Source: Eledone cirrhosa (taxonomy: Eukaryota). From it: DNA of 64,000 bases. The translations under genes were made by a program, and so were the position numbers. The notes below the pieces were generated by a model. It searched no databases. It saw only the letters and a list, made by a program, of their open reading frames with translations, and was not told where the DNA came from. The stretch covers positions 277,202,001 to 277,266,000 of the forward strand of contig OZ024742.1 of assembly GCA_964016885.1 (NCBI GenBank), given 5' to 3'. Positions 63,597 to 64,000 of the stretch are shown here, piece after piece. Numbering within the stretch: position 1 is the first letter of the stretch; the number at the start of each line of letters is the position of its first letter.

Positions 63597-64000
63597 GTAA
63601 ATATACTTTTTATCTATGAAAGAACAAAATTCTCTCTTAGATGTTCAACATATCTTTCCATAACGATCGGTCAATTGTTAGCACTACACATGGCAACTAC
63701 CATTTTCATCTGGCATTCTAGCATATTTAATTCTTTCCATTTTACCGTCGTCCCATCTCTGGCAACTAAACAATCTCTCGTTTCGTTCATCTCAAAAATA
63801 TTAATTCATGTTTGCACACACAAAGCTAAACTCAAAGCCTCAGCTCGAGCCAGCGCGGCTGGACCGAGGGGACCGCATGACAATCTCCCAAATTCCGTGA
63901 CGGTAGGCCACACGTCTCTCTTGCTACACGATGTGGCACCTTCTCTAGCGGCAGCATGCTGCGTCCGGCTGCCAGCTTAGTATCCGCTGTTTGCCATGCC

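Larger units (their letters stand above)
34355..64000. repeat. tandem tRNA gene array, ~1.32-1.34 kb unit, 22 tRNA-bearing copies, continues past the window end
   Basis: tRNA-Glu genes recur at 35225, 36556, 37892 ... 63272; each unit = Glu(-), 181-bp gap, Asp(+), AT-rich spacer, CpG-rich segment. Confidence 0.98.

Noticed and set aside
35121-63980. Recurring 60-107 aa ORFs in each array unit (MKEQ..., MFAHTK..., MKKSLV...)
   Set aside because: They recur only because the unit is repeated. Stops and frames vary between units, some overlap tRNA genes, and no domain is recognisable.
34355-64000. CRISPR-like or 5S/rRNA/histone/snRNA repeat interpretation of the array
   Set aside because: No short repeat with unique spacers, and no recognisable 5S, histone or spliceosomal snRNA sequence in the unit.

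Overview
AT-rich, repeat-dense animal genomic DNA. The SINE, RTE and microsatellite make-up resembles an octopus/cephalopod genome (my inference, not verified). Bases 1 to ~34.3 kb are intergenic or intronic sequence filled with transposons. These include two young, 5'-truncated RTE-clade LINEs lying tail-to-tail (14.4-20.6 kb; RT plus a PHD-type finger), many RTE 3' stubs, decayed Tx1- and R4/Dong-like LINEs, and two tRNA-derived SINE families. There are also TTAA (piggyBac-type), hAT and Tc1/mariner-type MITEs, a Helitron, a Penelope-like inverted repeat with a hammerhead-like fold, and micro/minisatellites. A few short splice-flanked segments may be host exons (low confidence). From ~34.35 kb to the window end lies a tandem array of a ~1.32-1.34 kb unit. 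There are 22 copies in the window, each with a divergent pair tRNA-Glu(TTC) (-) / tRNA-Asp(GTC) (+) and a CpG-rich ~0.45 kb spacer of unknown origin. The array has a rearranged, LINE-interrupted left edge, decays towards that edge, contains a clean Glu TTC->CTC anticodon switch, and is forming higher-order repeats. Most short ORFs in the supplied track are spurious.
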